Numbered from the stretch's first letter, positions 13,560 to 25,758 are shown. The stretch is DNA of 64,000 nucleotides from Massalongia carnosa (GCA_965645245.1 OZ287088.1:868001-932000), one strand, 5' to 3'. The notes: a model not told the origin generated them from the sequence alone. Translations and numbers: made by a program.

Positions 13560-16500
13560 CTAAGCCTCATCGGGTCCATCTACGGTTTCCGTAGATGGTC
13601 TGACGTTATCCATCGTCTGATCCATCCCTGTGAGGTCCTCTGGCGCCTTCGGTTTTCGAGGATGTTCTCTATGATATTGCAGAACCTTTTCGATAGACTT
13701 TCTGAAGTCGGTCCATGGTTGCCAAGGTGGGTCAGCGTTCCATTCGTCCCAATTTCCAATATTTGTAGCCTTATACTGTACCCCAAATTTCCTTGTCTCT
13801 CGACAGTCCACTATCTCTAAGATTTCCCACTCTTCATGTGTTGCCTCCTCATCGTTCTCGGTGATCAAGACAGGTGGGCCGGGAGGCAGTACTTGCCCTG
13901 GGAACGGATTGGACGGAGCGAGATGCAACTTCCATGGATGAAATATTGGGGTGAGTCCCACATTCTTTAAATGCTGTGGTATGTCAAGCTCATATGCCTT
14001 GTTATCGATTATCCTAACAATTTTCCAGGGAACAACGTTTTTAAACCCGAGGGAACGACTTGGACGCTCTGATGCGAAATGTTTAGCATTAACGTAAACT
14101 AAATCGCCCACTTTGTATTCTGGGTGCGGTTGACGATCTTTGTTAGCATGTCGTGTTTGTTCTTCCTGGGCCCATGTTAGCTGATTTCTTAACCATTCTC
14201 GCATTGCTTCCTGGCGAGCGACTATTTTGTCAGCATGAAGTATCTCGGCTTTTCCCTTTTCTTCATATGTTCCTGGAGGCTCTATTCCCGAACGAGGATG
14301 AAAGCCGTGATCTGCGAAAAATGGTGTCATTCCTGTCGAAACGTTAACATGATTGTTGACGGCGAACTCGGCATCTGAAAGATAGTCGACCCAGTTGTCC
14401 TGAGCATAATTGATGTATGATCGAAGGTAGTTCTTCATTACTTTATTTGCATTCTCAGTTTGACCATCCGTTTCTGGATGATGCGCTGAAGAGAACTTTA
14501 TCTTTACTCCGTATCTTTCACAAATTCTTTTCCACAGATGAGCAGTCAGCTGACTGCCTCTATCGTTTACCGTTGACAATGGAAAGCCATACGAGGAGAA
14601 GAGTCGTCGAGACATGGCGTCCATTAATTCGTCGGTGGAGAGTGACGTAAGCGGTTCGTATAATCGTCTTTTTGTTAGACGGTCTACTATCACTAATATG
14701 TGTTGATACACTCTATTCCTTCGCCGACATTCCGGCAAAAACTCCACAAAATCTAAAGAGACGTCTGTCTATTTTCTGTTCGGTATGGGTAGAGGATTCA
14801 GTAAGCCCTGTTTCTTGACATTGTATGATTTTGACCTTCGACAAATGGAGCAGTTCACTGCGTATCTTTTGCAGTGATCCTTCATGTCGAACCAGAAGTA
14901 GTTTTCCATCAGTGACTGATACATGCTTTTATATCCCGGGTGTCCTTGCAGAGGAGGTTCGTGATGTTTCTGCAACAGGCATAATTGAAGGGGTTCATGA
15001 TCTGGGACATACAGCCTTTCTTTGACATATAGTCTTTCATCTTTCACTTTGAGATCTCCCATGGCTAATTTGATCCCTTTCTTTATAAGATGCGATGGAA
15101 GCTTGCGAAGTTCTCGTGTTTTGGCAGCGATTATGGCTTGAACTACTTCATCTTTTTCATAAGCTTCTTCAATTAATTCTTCTAGAGGTTTCGCTGATGG
15201 ATCTTCTTCCGAATCGTCGCCTAGTTCTTTCACCGGATTTTCATTTAAAATCTGACCCTGAGCCTCTTCATCGTCCTCGATGGCCTGAGGTTCCTCAGCT
15301 TCTTCGTCAGTGTCATTTGTTCTTGTGTTTGCACAGAAGATCACTGATAAAGCCTTCTTTACGTCATCGTCTAGTTGATGCTCCTGTAGCAATGTCTGGA
15401 ATTGATGTTGTTGTCGAGAGTCGTCAAACCCTTTTGGCAGATCTTGAGAACGTCGAGTAAGTGTGTCCGGCTTTTCGCCTTGTCTGCCCGGTCGATACAT
15501 GATTTTGAAATTGAACTCCGAAAGGAATTCAGCCCATCGGGCCTGTCTGCGGTTCTGTTGCTTTGTCGTCATAAAGTGTTCCAGGTTTTTATGATCAGTA
15601 TAAACTTTGATTTGCTGGTCAGGCGCAGCACTTGCTGCCTCGGGCCGCCAGACCTCGAAGCTCTTTATGATAGCGAGGAGTTCCTTATCATATATCATGT
15701 AATTACATTCGGCCGGTGTCATCTTCTTGGAGAAATATGCTACCGGTTTGAGCACTCCGTCATGCATCTGAGATAAGACTCCGGCAGTGACGAAATCCGA
15801 AGAGTCTGTTTCTATCCATGTCTCTAGAGAAGGATCATAGTGCGCTAACACTGGTGCACTAGTGAAGGCCTCTTTCAAATCTTCGAAAGCCTTTTTACAT
15901 TCTTCGGTCCAGATGAACACGTTATATCGGGTTCTCTTCTTGCCCGACTTGGTCGTTATTTGTTCTCCTTTTGTTAATTCCGTCAGACACCTTGTACGCT
16001 GAGAGAACTTTGATATGAATCGTCGATAGAAGTTTGCAAAGCCTAAAAAAGCTTGCACGTCCTTCACGGACTCCAGAGTTTCCCATTTCAAAATCGCTTC
16101 AATCTTCTCGGAATCCATTTGTATTCCTTCAGTGGTGACTATAAGTCCGAGGTACTTTACTTTAGTCACCGAGAATTCACATTTGTCAATGTCAACTTGG
16201 AGTCCTCGTTCCCCCAAGCGTTTAAGAACCTTCAAGACGTGATCTGAATGTTCTTCCTCATTATCACTGTAGATCAAGACGTCATCCAGATAAGCAGTAC
16301 AAAAGACGTCTAAATATTCCCGAACCGAATTATTTATATAACTCTGAAAAGTCCCTGGAGCATTGCATAAACCGAAAGGCATGACCAGATATTCGAACTG
16401 GCCATATCTTGTGTTAAAAGCGGTAAGCCATTCATGTCCTTCTTTTACTCGAAGACGATTGAATGCCGTACTAACGTCTAGTTTCGTGAAGCGTTTTGCC

Positions 16501-17632
16501 TGCGAGAGTTTTCCGAGCGTCTCGTTAATTAGGGGAATAGGATATCGATTCTTTACTGTGATGGCATTCAAGGCTCGATAGTCCTCACAAAATCTCAGTC
16601 CACCACCTGGTTTTCGAACTAGAAGGACTGGAGCAGCTGCTGTCGACGAACTGGGACGAATGAATCCCTTTCCCATATGTTCGTCAATATACTTCTTGAC
16701 AGCTTCCAACTCCTGTTCTGACATAGGCTTATAGTTCCTGACATAAGGGGGTTCTTTTCCGTCCATGAGGTTGATCTCGTGATCCTCCTTACGATGTTCC
16801 GGTAGTTCGTCTGCTTTATGCTTCATAAAGACTTCTATCATGCTATGATACTCTGAGGGAATTTTCTTCAACAATTCTTCGCGGGAGTACTCGGGTTTGC
16901 CTTTCATAAACTTGTCGTAATCCTTTGAGGTGACGGCCCCAGTGGTTGTGGCACAGAAGGTCTTATCTTCTCGGGGAGTCTATAAGTATCCTCGTGATCT
17001 TTCTTCCTAACCATCCGAAAGAAATGTTTCGCATTGACCGGAAGGACTTCGATATCGTCTTTTGTTCCGATCCTATTCTTTGCCCTACTTCTAACAGCAA
17101 ATTCGGTGCAGGTTATTCCACGCGAAAGGCATCCCATTTCCAAGAAATCGGCAGAGTTAAACTTCATAATTCGCTCTTTCCAGTCAATGCTGGGGTTGTG
17201 AGTTTGTAACCACCCATCTCCTAGAATAATCGCGTACACGTCCAGTTTCGCTACATAGCAAAGGACTTGTTCTTGATGATCCCCGATTTTGACGTCGACT
17301 AGGGCGGTCCTCGTGAGAAGTTAGGCAACCTCTCCGTTTCCAAGGGTCAGTTTAACCCCCGTTTCTAATTTGGAGGTGTTCAGTTTATTTACACGCGCGA
17401 AGGATTCATCAATGAACTCAGCCTCACTTCCATTATCAACAAGTAAACGAGTTTTAATTCCAGCTATGCTAGTTTTAAATACTAGATGCTTGCCCTCGAT
17501 CTTCTTTTCAGTATCGAGAACAGCACAACTAGAGACCCTTACTGTCTTCATTTCAGCGCTACCAATTTCACAAATGACATCTTTCTTAAGACGTCCTTGA
17601 TCGCGATTTTGATCAAGGACTAAGCTTTTCCC
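13560..17632 (-). pseudogene. pol: Gypsy pol (protease, RT, RNase H, integrase, chromodomain) with two stops and a frameshift
   Basis: LVDNGSE protease site; YLDD; ETDSSD/DKELLAI RNase H; HPETDGQTE integrase; EWEILEIVD...WQPW chromodomain; breaks near 17321, 16980 and 14769. Confidence 0.93.
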
Positions 17633-19185
17633 GACTCGGAGTCAGAGTCTATCTCAACAATTCTTGTAGTGTTAAGCTTTTTTTCTTTAAATTGAGGGCA
17701 GATCGAGTTGTTTCCTCGATGACCTGACCCCCGACATGCCCAACAGCGTCCCTGACGCGACGATGTCTCTCGCTCTTCCTTCTCCAACTTTTTGGGGTTG
17801 GGGTCAGGATCGTACCAAACCCCTATCCAACCAGCGGGTTTGACTATCGTGGCGCTGAACTTGGAGTTTGGATGATCACCCGACTTCTTCTCTTTTGCAC
17901 TCGATTGACGATAATCGGAAATGGAGGTTTTTCCACTCGAGGACTTGCCTTCGCGACCAGAGTTCTTTGACGGACCAGACTTCTCTGGCCGAGGAAAGTA
18001 GTGAGCGACATCCTTGCGTCGATCTTCGATTCTCCTAGCTTCGTCGAGCAAGGGACGAAAGTCGGTGAAAACTGAACCCATCAGTGAATTAGAGATGCTT
18101 GGCTTCAATGTTACAAGAAACTTCTCTATCCTCTCGTCGATGGGGGTTTTTGCCTTTTGCCAAAGCTTAAAAATTCGATGATAGTACTCGCTTACACTTT
18201 CACCACTTTTCATTGTGATGGTGATGAGTTCTTTCTTGGCATCTCGACTCTGGAGATGTATGCCCATATAATGTTCGATCTCGTCGAACAGAGCGTCAAT
18301 GGTGAGAGAGTCGCCCATGTCGACGACCCAGGAGTGCATAGCCCCAAAGATAGGCGCTTCCATTTGCGATAGAGCATAACTGACCTTTTCGCCCTCGTTG
18401 GCGTAAAGCGGAGAATCGGTCTTAAGCTTGTTTCGGAGTGAGTATTGCCAAGGACTATATTCCTCAGCGTCTTCGCCTTTCAGAGGCTTGCTGGGGGTGC
18501 TCTGGGTTGTAGCAGTGTCCTCCCGTTGGTCACGAGAGGAGTCGGGAGCTGCTAGCCGTCGCTCAAGTTTCTCCTTCTCTTTCTGTAAGTCCTGTTGGGC
18601 CTGGAGAGCTTCTTCCAACTCAATTTCTTTATGCGAAAGCTCTTCCTGAGCAAGAAGGATTTGGCGTTCGTCTTCATCCTTTTCGTCAGCGAAACGGTCA
18701 TTAATCTGCTTATATTGTTCTAAATGCTTCTTGGACTTGATAAGCTTCTCATGAAGCCCGAAGCTTTTTTCGTACAGTGTTTTGTCATAGGGAATTGCTC
18801 TGGACAAAAACTCATACCAACGAGGACCTTCGTTCTCGTCTAGGACGGCATTTCGGAAGTCTTCTAGGTTGCGAATTTTGTATCGTGCGGGATGTTTCTG
18901 AGTTTCTCGTTCGTAGTATGGATGTTCCGAGATGTCAATCTCGCGAGCCCCTTCCTTCTCATTTCCTGACCCAGCCTTCGGGGTCTTTTCTAGTGTGCAT
19001 TCTGTCTCGTCTCCCATCTGCTCACCGGGTGTAAGCTCGGAGTCTTCGAACGTCCCTGGCATACTATCAGAGCGAGCCGAATGACGGGACATGGAACTGG
19101 CGCGAGTGTTAAAAGCAGGGCCTGCTTGAGCGTCTTCGCGAGGAGCGCCGGCCTTTCGAGCAGTCAGGGGAGTTTTCGAACTCAT
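17620..19185 (-). CDS. gag: Gypsy Gag (521 aa) with coiled coil, capsid-like region and zinc knuckle
   Basis: Open ORF after the 5' LTR; MKSGESVSEYY motif; CWACRGSGH...C knuckle. Confidence 0.9.
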   Translation of the reverse strand: MSSKTPLTARKAGAPREDAQAGPAFNTRASSMSRHSARSDSMPGTFEDSELTPGEQMGDETECTLEKTPKAGSGNEKEGAREIDISEHPYYERETQKHPARYKIRNLEDFRNAVLDENEGPRWYEFLSRAIPYDKTLYEKSFGLHEKLIKSKKHLEQYKQINDRFADEKDEDERQILLAQEELSHKEIELEEALQAQQDLQKEKEKLERRLAAPDSSRDQREDTATTQSTPSKPLKGEDAEEYSPWQYSLRNKLKTDSPLYANEGEKVSYALSQMEAPIFGAMHSWVVDMGDSLTIDALFDEIEHYMGIHLQSRDAKKELITITMKSGESVSEYYHRIFKLWQKAKTPIDERIEKFLVTLKPSISNSLMGSVFTDFRPLLDEARRIEDRRKDVAHYFPRPEKSGPSKNSGREGKSSSGKTSISDYRQSSAKEKKSGDHPNSKFSATIVKPAGWIGVWYDPDPNPKKLEKEERETSSRQGRCWACRGSGHRGNNSICPQFKEKKLNTTRIVEIDSDSESGKA

Positions 19186-19806
19186 GACTGTGTTCTGGAG
19201 GTGAAAGAGCTCTGTCTTTCGATTCTGGAAGTTCTAAAGGTTCTAGAGTGAGGACCAGCTCGGATTCTCACGAGTGGTCGTTCTGGAAAGCTAAAGGAGC
19301 AGGTCGTTGTCCCTTTCTAAATGTACTGAAAGTTCTAGAAGACTGGAAGAGTACTAATAAGCATTAAAGGTAGTTAAATTATGTCAGGCAGCTTGCCCTG
19401 ATATTATTCAGTAGCTATGAACTAGAATTTAACTACAAGGAAGGAAAGAAAAGAATAATCATCGCTGAACTCCTAAACATAATCTACCGTGGGTGCGCTA
19501 GCCAGTCAAGCGACGCGCGCTACTGCTTAGGCGAGTCACGCTGTCCCGTGACCACCAGAGCATGTCGGGTCAGGCCAGGACCCTGACAATGGCTATATGA
19601 CTATGTAATAATAAGTGTATGTATAACCGTGATGTTAAGGATGAAGAGTGCTGTTCAGCAGTCTTTATCCTATAACTGGTCATCTTCTATTAAGTGAGGT
19701 GATCTTTATCTTATCTTGGGACTAACTTAGGCCTAATGCGGCTTCTACGGTTTCCTAGATGCTATGTTCATTGTACTGATAGGAGTTGGATATTCAACAT
19801 CCCCCT

Positions 19807-22800
19807 TCAAGTCCTATCATACTCTGAACCGTTAGATCTTGACTGACTGTTCGTGTTTTCCATGTGCAGCTGTCTGATGAAAGAGAAGAATTTCACATGG
19901 GTCAATGGCTTAGTCAGGCCGTCCGCTAGTATATTTTCCGTCGGTATATAGGATAAGTTGATTCGTCCATCAATGACTTCGTTTCGGATGAAGTGTGACT
20001 GAATGTCTATGTGTTTTGTCCTAGAATGTAAAACGGGATTGTTGACTAGTGCGATTGCACTTTGATTGTCGCCTTTTAGTGCTATAGCACATTCCCTTTT
20101 TAGTACTTTCACAGTTGGAGAGGTATCATCTGTCTTTATCAGGCCGAGTTCAGTCATCCATAAGCGTATCCATATGGTTTCCTTAGCAGCCAAGGTGAGT
20201 GCCATATATTCTGCTTCTGTAGATGACAATGCGACGGTTTTCTGTCTCTTGGAACACCAGCTGATAGGTCCATTGTTTAGCATGAATATATAACCGGAGG
20301 TGGATTTGCGATCTTCCCTGTCTCCGGCCCAGTCTGAATCGGAATATCCCTGTACGGACATGTCACCTCCACCATAGGTAATGCCTCTCTTTAGTGGCAC
20401 TGAGGTATCTGAGGATAGTTTTGGCGGCTTCCATGTGTGTTTTGCCAAGATTTTTGGCATGTCTGCTGACCACTGATGTTGCAAAGGCTATGTCTGGTCG
20501 TGTTTCTATCATAGCGAACATTATGGAGCCAACTATCGCTTGATATTGTTTAATTTCTTTATCAGAGGCCTGAGAGTCATTTCTGAAAAGACTGCCTTCT
20601 TTCATTGGGGTAGTAGAGATTTTTGCGTTCTGCATATGAAATTTCTCTAGGATCTTTTCAATATAGGCAGGCTGAGAGAGTTTGATTGTTCTGTTAACGC
20701 GATTCCGTTCAATTTTTAGACCCAGATAGGACCAATATCTACCATTTTAAATGCGATATTGAGTTGCTTTTTGACCTCTGTAATCATCGGAGAGCCTTTC
20801 CGGCCAATTATGTTCAGATCGTCAACAAATGAGGTGACAATGGGCCTTTAATGCCAGCTGAGGTGGAAAAGATACTATGATCTGCCTGAAGTTTGAACAG
20901 TCCTAATTTGCTCAGTAAGAATTCTGATAGACGTTCGTACCAGAGACGTAGAGACTGTTTCAAACCATATAGTGCCTTATTAAGTTTGCAAATCATGCCT
21001 GGCGTTTCATATCCTTTGGGAGTCTGGACGTAGATCAATTGATCAATTAATCAATTTTTCCATAAAGGAACACTGTCACGACATCAAGCTGTTCGATGTC
21101 TAGGTCATAAAATCCAGCTTTGGCAAATAGCAATCGAAAAGCCATCGGTTTCACGACGGAAGCATAGATCTGTTCGAAATCTACTCCATACTGTTGGAGA
21201 TAGCCTTTCACCACCAATCTGGCTTTGAATCGTGTGATCTTTCCATCTATGTCTCGTTTCAGTTTGTAACCCATCTTCCGCTAAGAACAATATGGCCAGG
21301 CTCTATTGAATCGGATGATACTAGGTCCCAGGTATTATTTTCCAAGAGACTGTTATGTTCGTCATTCATTGATCGACTCCATTCTTCTGAATATGCAGAA
21401 TTCATGGCCTGATAATATGTTTGTGGCTCGGCAACGTCGAGTTGAGACAGTGCATCATAGTTTTCCAGGCCTGATGATCCTTCCTTTTCTAGTGTTCTGG
21501 CCAGAAGGACTAGTGGATCTACTTCATCTCTGTCATCGGAAGTATAAACGTGATTTGGCTTAGTTAATGCTTTGTTTGATAGAAGAGAAAATATGTGAGC
21601 TATATGAACGTGCTTTCTGGGCCTGCCTCGTCCACATTTAGGAGATGGAATGGGAAGTATAGTGGTGACTGATTCTGACGGAATGCTTATGTCGGGGGCC
21701 ATGATTACATCATATATAGGAACTTCGGTCTGGTCTTTGGAGATGGCGTCTTCATGAATGCGTATATCTTTGACCCTGATGACCCTGTAATCCTTTTCAA
21801 GAAATACCCGATAAATAGTACATCCATCGTAGCCGCACAGAATTCCACGTTGAGCTCGAGATGAAAATTTAGCCGATTTGCTGTTGATGCCTTTCCGTTC
21901 TTCTTTATGAATAAGAACATAGACAGTGGATCCCAAAACTCTTAGATGGTTCAGAGATGGTGATTTTGATTCATAGAATTCGTATGGGCTTTTGCCTGAT
22001 AGAGCATTGGTAGGTCTAATATTCTTGACATGAACCATTGCTAGCACTATCTCTGTCCATAGATAGTCTGGAATGCCTCCCTTGATAATAGTGCACCTGG
22101 TCATGTCCATGATGGTTCTGCCTGCTCGTTTAGACACTCCGTTCTGTTCCTGAGAATGCGCAGCGGAGGGTTCAAACGTTATCCCTTCTTTGAGGAACCA
22201 TTTATCTCTTTTTTGACTTCGAAGTTCTGTACTAAAGTCGGTGCGAACAATGCTGATTGGTTTGATTTTTCCAGACTTGTTTTGTGCCAGACTATAATAA
22301 GTCAATAGATGAGTAAACCATTCGCTTTTCTTGAGACCTGTGTAGACATGAGTGTATCGACTAGCATCACAGGTGAAGGTAAAGAACTAGAGTTCATTCA
22401 GAAGTCCTAGGGGCTTGATGGGTCCAACAAGATCAGAGTGAACCTTCTGGAATAATTCCTCTGTCTTCTTCTGAGTTGACCGATTATATTGCTTTGTTGC
22501 CTTTCCTAGTTCACAGGAGGAACAGTACTAATCATCCTTGATGTCATCCAGAAACGATACGTCTAGAACCTTTAGATATTTCCGACAGCTTGAGATGTTG
22601 AGGTGACCGAGACGGACGTGCCATGTTGTCAATTTCACCTTGCTGGACGTGTGATAAATTGCCGTCTCAGGCCATTGAAAGATATCGGCTTCTATTCTTG
22701 TAAGATGAATAGCCAGGTCTGGGGTGTGCAAGGTCTTCAGCATGAAGTTGATATTGACTCTTGGTGCATAGCCTATGATGTCTCTGGTTGAAAGAAGAAA

Positions 22801-23145
22801 CAGATTCCAGTTCAGATTGTCAAAGTAGACCTTATGTTGATTGAGTAATCCAAGACTGACAAGATTTACTTGAAATTTTGGAATGTAAAGAACGCTATTA
22901 AGGACGAGTATTGACGAAGGTGTGTCATCTTCTGATGTTAACTTTATACGAATCATTTCCCTTCCTGGCGAAGTACCATTAGAAGTAGAGCCGGCCAGGT
23001 CTGTAGGATAGACTATGTAGTCAGCGAAAGAAGATCTGTTGTTACATACGTGCATGTCTGCGGCACTATCCAAAAGCCAGAAATTTCTGCGGAGACTCGT
23101 CATGGTCATAACCTTCTGCAGCCTAGTGGTCATGACCAATGTGAG
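19807..23145 (-). pseudogene. pol: Copia pol (protease, integrase, RT, RNase H) with stops and frameshifts
   Basis: WLLDSAADMH; WHVRLGHLN; QNGVSKR; RFKARLVVKGYLQ; KLNKALYGLKQS; YSDSDWAGD; RTKHIDI. Confidence 0.92.
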
Positions 23146-24069
23146 TCAACTGTTCACAGTTGGCACATTTGTTGTGGTGAGAGACATTGATGGCGTTTCA
23201 GTTTTTGAATGAGAGGTTTTTGTACCTCTTGTTTTCATAGACTTCAATGGAAATTTGGGTCGCTTCTCAGGATACTTTTGCCAGCATCTTTCTGGTGCAT
23301 GAGCGGTTGTTCCCTTACTCACACATTCCGAAAAAGTGCAAGTTCCTGGCGGTGTCTTATCGTTTCTACTTGAAACGTTGGTATGAAATGCCTTGTTGTC
23401 AAACATATTGACAGAATAAGAGGTAATTGCTCTGCACGCAACAGTGAGATTTGATTTGCCAGTGAGCCAGTCGCGACGAAGTTGAGCTATAAGAGGTAGG
23501 TAGACATCAGAAACGTTCCGTAACAAATATCCTTGAAGAACTTGTTCTGCACCCATTTCGCTCAATTCCGAGTTCTCTTCTATCATGCTCTTTATGGAGT
23601 TTAATGCATTTTCATATTCGGCGCAATATTTAACAGCGCTTTTATACTCCGTCATTCTTTTAAAGCTCATGTTGTGAAGAATGTCGGTGATGCTCATGGG
23701 TGCAATATCTTGAAACTTTGTTCTCAAAGTTCTCCACATTTCACCGGCCGATTTTTTTGCAAGAAGAGTATGATGCTGTTGAGCGACTCGCATTTGGATG
23801 ATCCCTTCGGCCTTGAGCATAAGATGATTCTGTTTTTCAATGTCCGCTCCGACTTTGGTGAAGATCTGTTCATCCTTGATATGTGCATCAGTGAATCCCA
23901 TTCCCAAGTATTTAAGCTTGAATGTTTGATATGAGATGGCTGGTATATTGTCTTGAATAGCAAAGATACAGTCTTTTTGCTTTAAAATTGCTTCCGTGTG
24001 GGTTGCCCATTGTGAATAGTCTTTAGCTTTCTCTAATAACAGGACTTTATCCTGAAGAGAATTCGTCAT
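23146..24069 (-). CDS. gag: Copia Gag
   Basis: Open ORF from ATG at 24069; DYSQW and MWRTLRTKF motifs; C-terminal C/H cluster (CTFSEC...HAPERCW). Confidence 0.8.
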   Translation of the reverse strand: MTNSLQDKVLLLEKAKDYSQWATHTEAILKQKDCIFAIQDNIPAISYQTFKLKYLGMGFTDAHIKDEQIFTKVGADIEKQNHLMLKAEGIIQMRVAQQHHTLLAKKSAGEMWRTLRTKFQDIAPMSITDILHNMSFKRMTEYKSAVKYCAEYENALNSIKSMIEENSELSEMGAEQVLQGYLLRNVSDVYLPLIAQLRRDWLTGKSNLTVACRAITSYSVNMFDNKAFHTNVSSRNDKTPPGTCTFSECVSKGTTAHAPERCWQKYPEKRPKFPLKSMKTRGTKTSHSKTETPSMSLTTTNVPTVNS

Positions 24070-24254
24070 CGCGGGTTGATAAGGTAAAATAGACAAATTG
24101 GATTGATATCTAAAGAGTTCTTATGACACAAGAAATGTAGATGATGGATGTAGGATATGAAAAGTAAATTCCTATTAAGAAAAAACTAGACAGTGATCCC
24201 TTCCTTTAATCATTTTTCATTTCTTTATTTCCCGTAGTATCTGTCTCTATGCCT

Positions 24255-24540
24255 GCATTCGGAAGAAAAACTCGTATTCCGATAGCGGCCTAAAAAGCTT
24301 TCGCATCCAGAAGAGAAAATCTCATATTCCGGAAGCGGCTTAAATAGTTCTCGCATTGGGAAGAGAAGTCTTATATTCCGATAGCGGCCTAAAAAGCTTT
24401 CGCAGCCAGAAGAGAAAATCTCATATTCCGGAGGCGGCTTAAATGCTTCTCGCATTCGAAAGATAAGTCTCATATTCCGATAGCGGCTTTAAAAAGTTTT
24501 CGCATCCAGAGAGATAATCTGATATTCCGGAAGCGGCTTT
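24255..24540. repeat. Tandem array in the Copia 5' leader: 3 x 99 bp, each a dimer of ~49/50-bp subunits
   Basis: TATTCCG core at 24275, 24325, 24374, 24424, 24473 and 24523. Confidence 0.9.
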
Positions 24541-25490
24541 GATAATTTTTTGAAAGAAGTGATTTAGACTTCAAAGAGAGAGCGGAACTCGAATAACATG
24601 AATTTATCATGTTTCTTGACAGGCTCTCGGCTTTGAGGTGTGTATCTCTTCTTGCCTTGAGCTTTCTGATTGTAGTTTTGTCTCTGATCTTCGAAGAATC
24701 TATCTTAAATAGATTCGCTCGATATTCAAGAGATCTACTAGTTTCATAATAGTACTCAAAGAAACTTTTTTTTTTAAATATTATTTCTTCTTAATCAAGC
24801 TCTTTCTTGCAAGCAAGTCTTGAACTTGATAAGATGATATCTCTTGCTTTCATGAATCAAGAATATTTGTTGTAGTTTGTATCATTCTCGTAATAATAAA
24901 TAGTCAAGGGGTTGAGATTGTTTTCAAAGACACAGACGACTCAGCTTCTTGTCTGTAAGAATTCAAACAGATACGATTTCTTAGCTTATTTAGCACTGTA
25001 GTACTGCAAATATAAGGCTTTCGATTCGTGTAGAATCAATAGCGCCCTTCCGGGCTCATAACCTGTTGAAATAGGTATATGACTATGGCTATATGACTAT
25101 ATAATAATAAGTGTATGTATAACCGTGATGTTAAGGATGAAGAGTGCTGTTCAGCAGTCTTTATCCTATTACTAGTCATCTTCTGTAAAGTGAGGTGATC
25201 TTTATCTTATCTTGGGACTAAATTAGGCCTAATACGGCTTCTACCGTTTCCAAGATGCTATTTTCATTGTACTGATAGGAGTTCGATATTAAATAAAATC
25301 CATACTTATTATAATATGATCGCATAAGACACGTGAAATATAAAGATTTATTGTTCTTCTTAAAATTAGTAATAAAGTAAAAATCACTTTAAATAATCAT
25401 GAAAAGAAATGTAAATGCATCACATGCATTTAAACGAAAATAACTCGAATCATCAATCGAAATTTATCAGAACGGGTTTTTCGTCGTCTG

Positions 25491-25758
25491 TGTAACGGGT
25501 GGGTAATAGAAAGCCTACTCAAGTGGCAGTGATGATGGTCTTGATGGCTAGCTAGCCATGTTAAATAAACAAGACAAACACAAGGAAGAAAGCTGCAATT
25601 GCTGCAGAGCTTTTTTTATAACTCCTTGATCCCTTTACTAACCTTTATAAGGTTAGCTTTCCGCTTAACCCAATGCGCTACCTCCCGCGACGCTAAATGT
25701 CGCTTAGCAACCTTCTTGTGGCTACCTTTCCCAGATTATCCTTATTCGCACCATGACA
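25491..25758. mobile_element. Solo LTR (268 bp)
   Basis: TGTAAC...ATGACA termini; TSD GTCTG. Confidence 0.85.

Larger units (their letters stand above)
13250..19588 (-). mobile_element. Ty3/Gypsy chromovirus, full length, pol disrupted
   Basis: LTRs 13250-13455 and 19382-19588 differ by two substitutions and one indel; TSD ATGGC; PPT next to 13456; order gag-PR-RT-RH-IN-chromodomain. Confidence 0.97.
13224..25295 (-). mobile_element. Full-length but mutated Ty1/Copia retrotransposon; its 3' LTR is split by a Gypsy insertion
   Basis: LTRs 25064-25295 and 13224-13249 + 19594-19799; TSD AAATC; PPT at 19800-19806; domain order gag-PR-IN-RT-RH. Confidence 0.95.

Noticed and set aside
24225..24473. 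82-aa ORF with an internal repeat upstream of Copia gag
   Set aside because: By-product of a 99-bp tandem unit divisible by three; no other coding evidence
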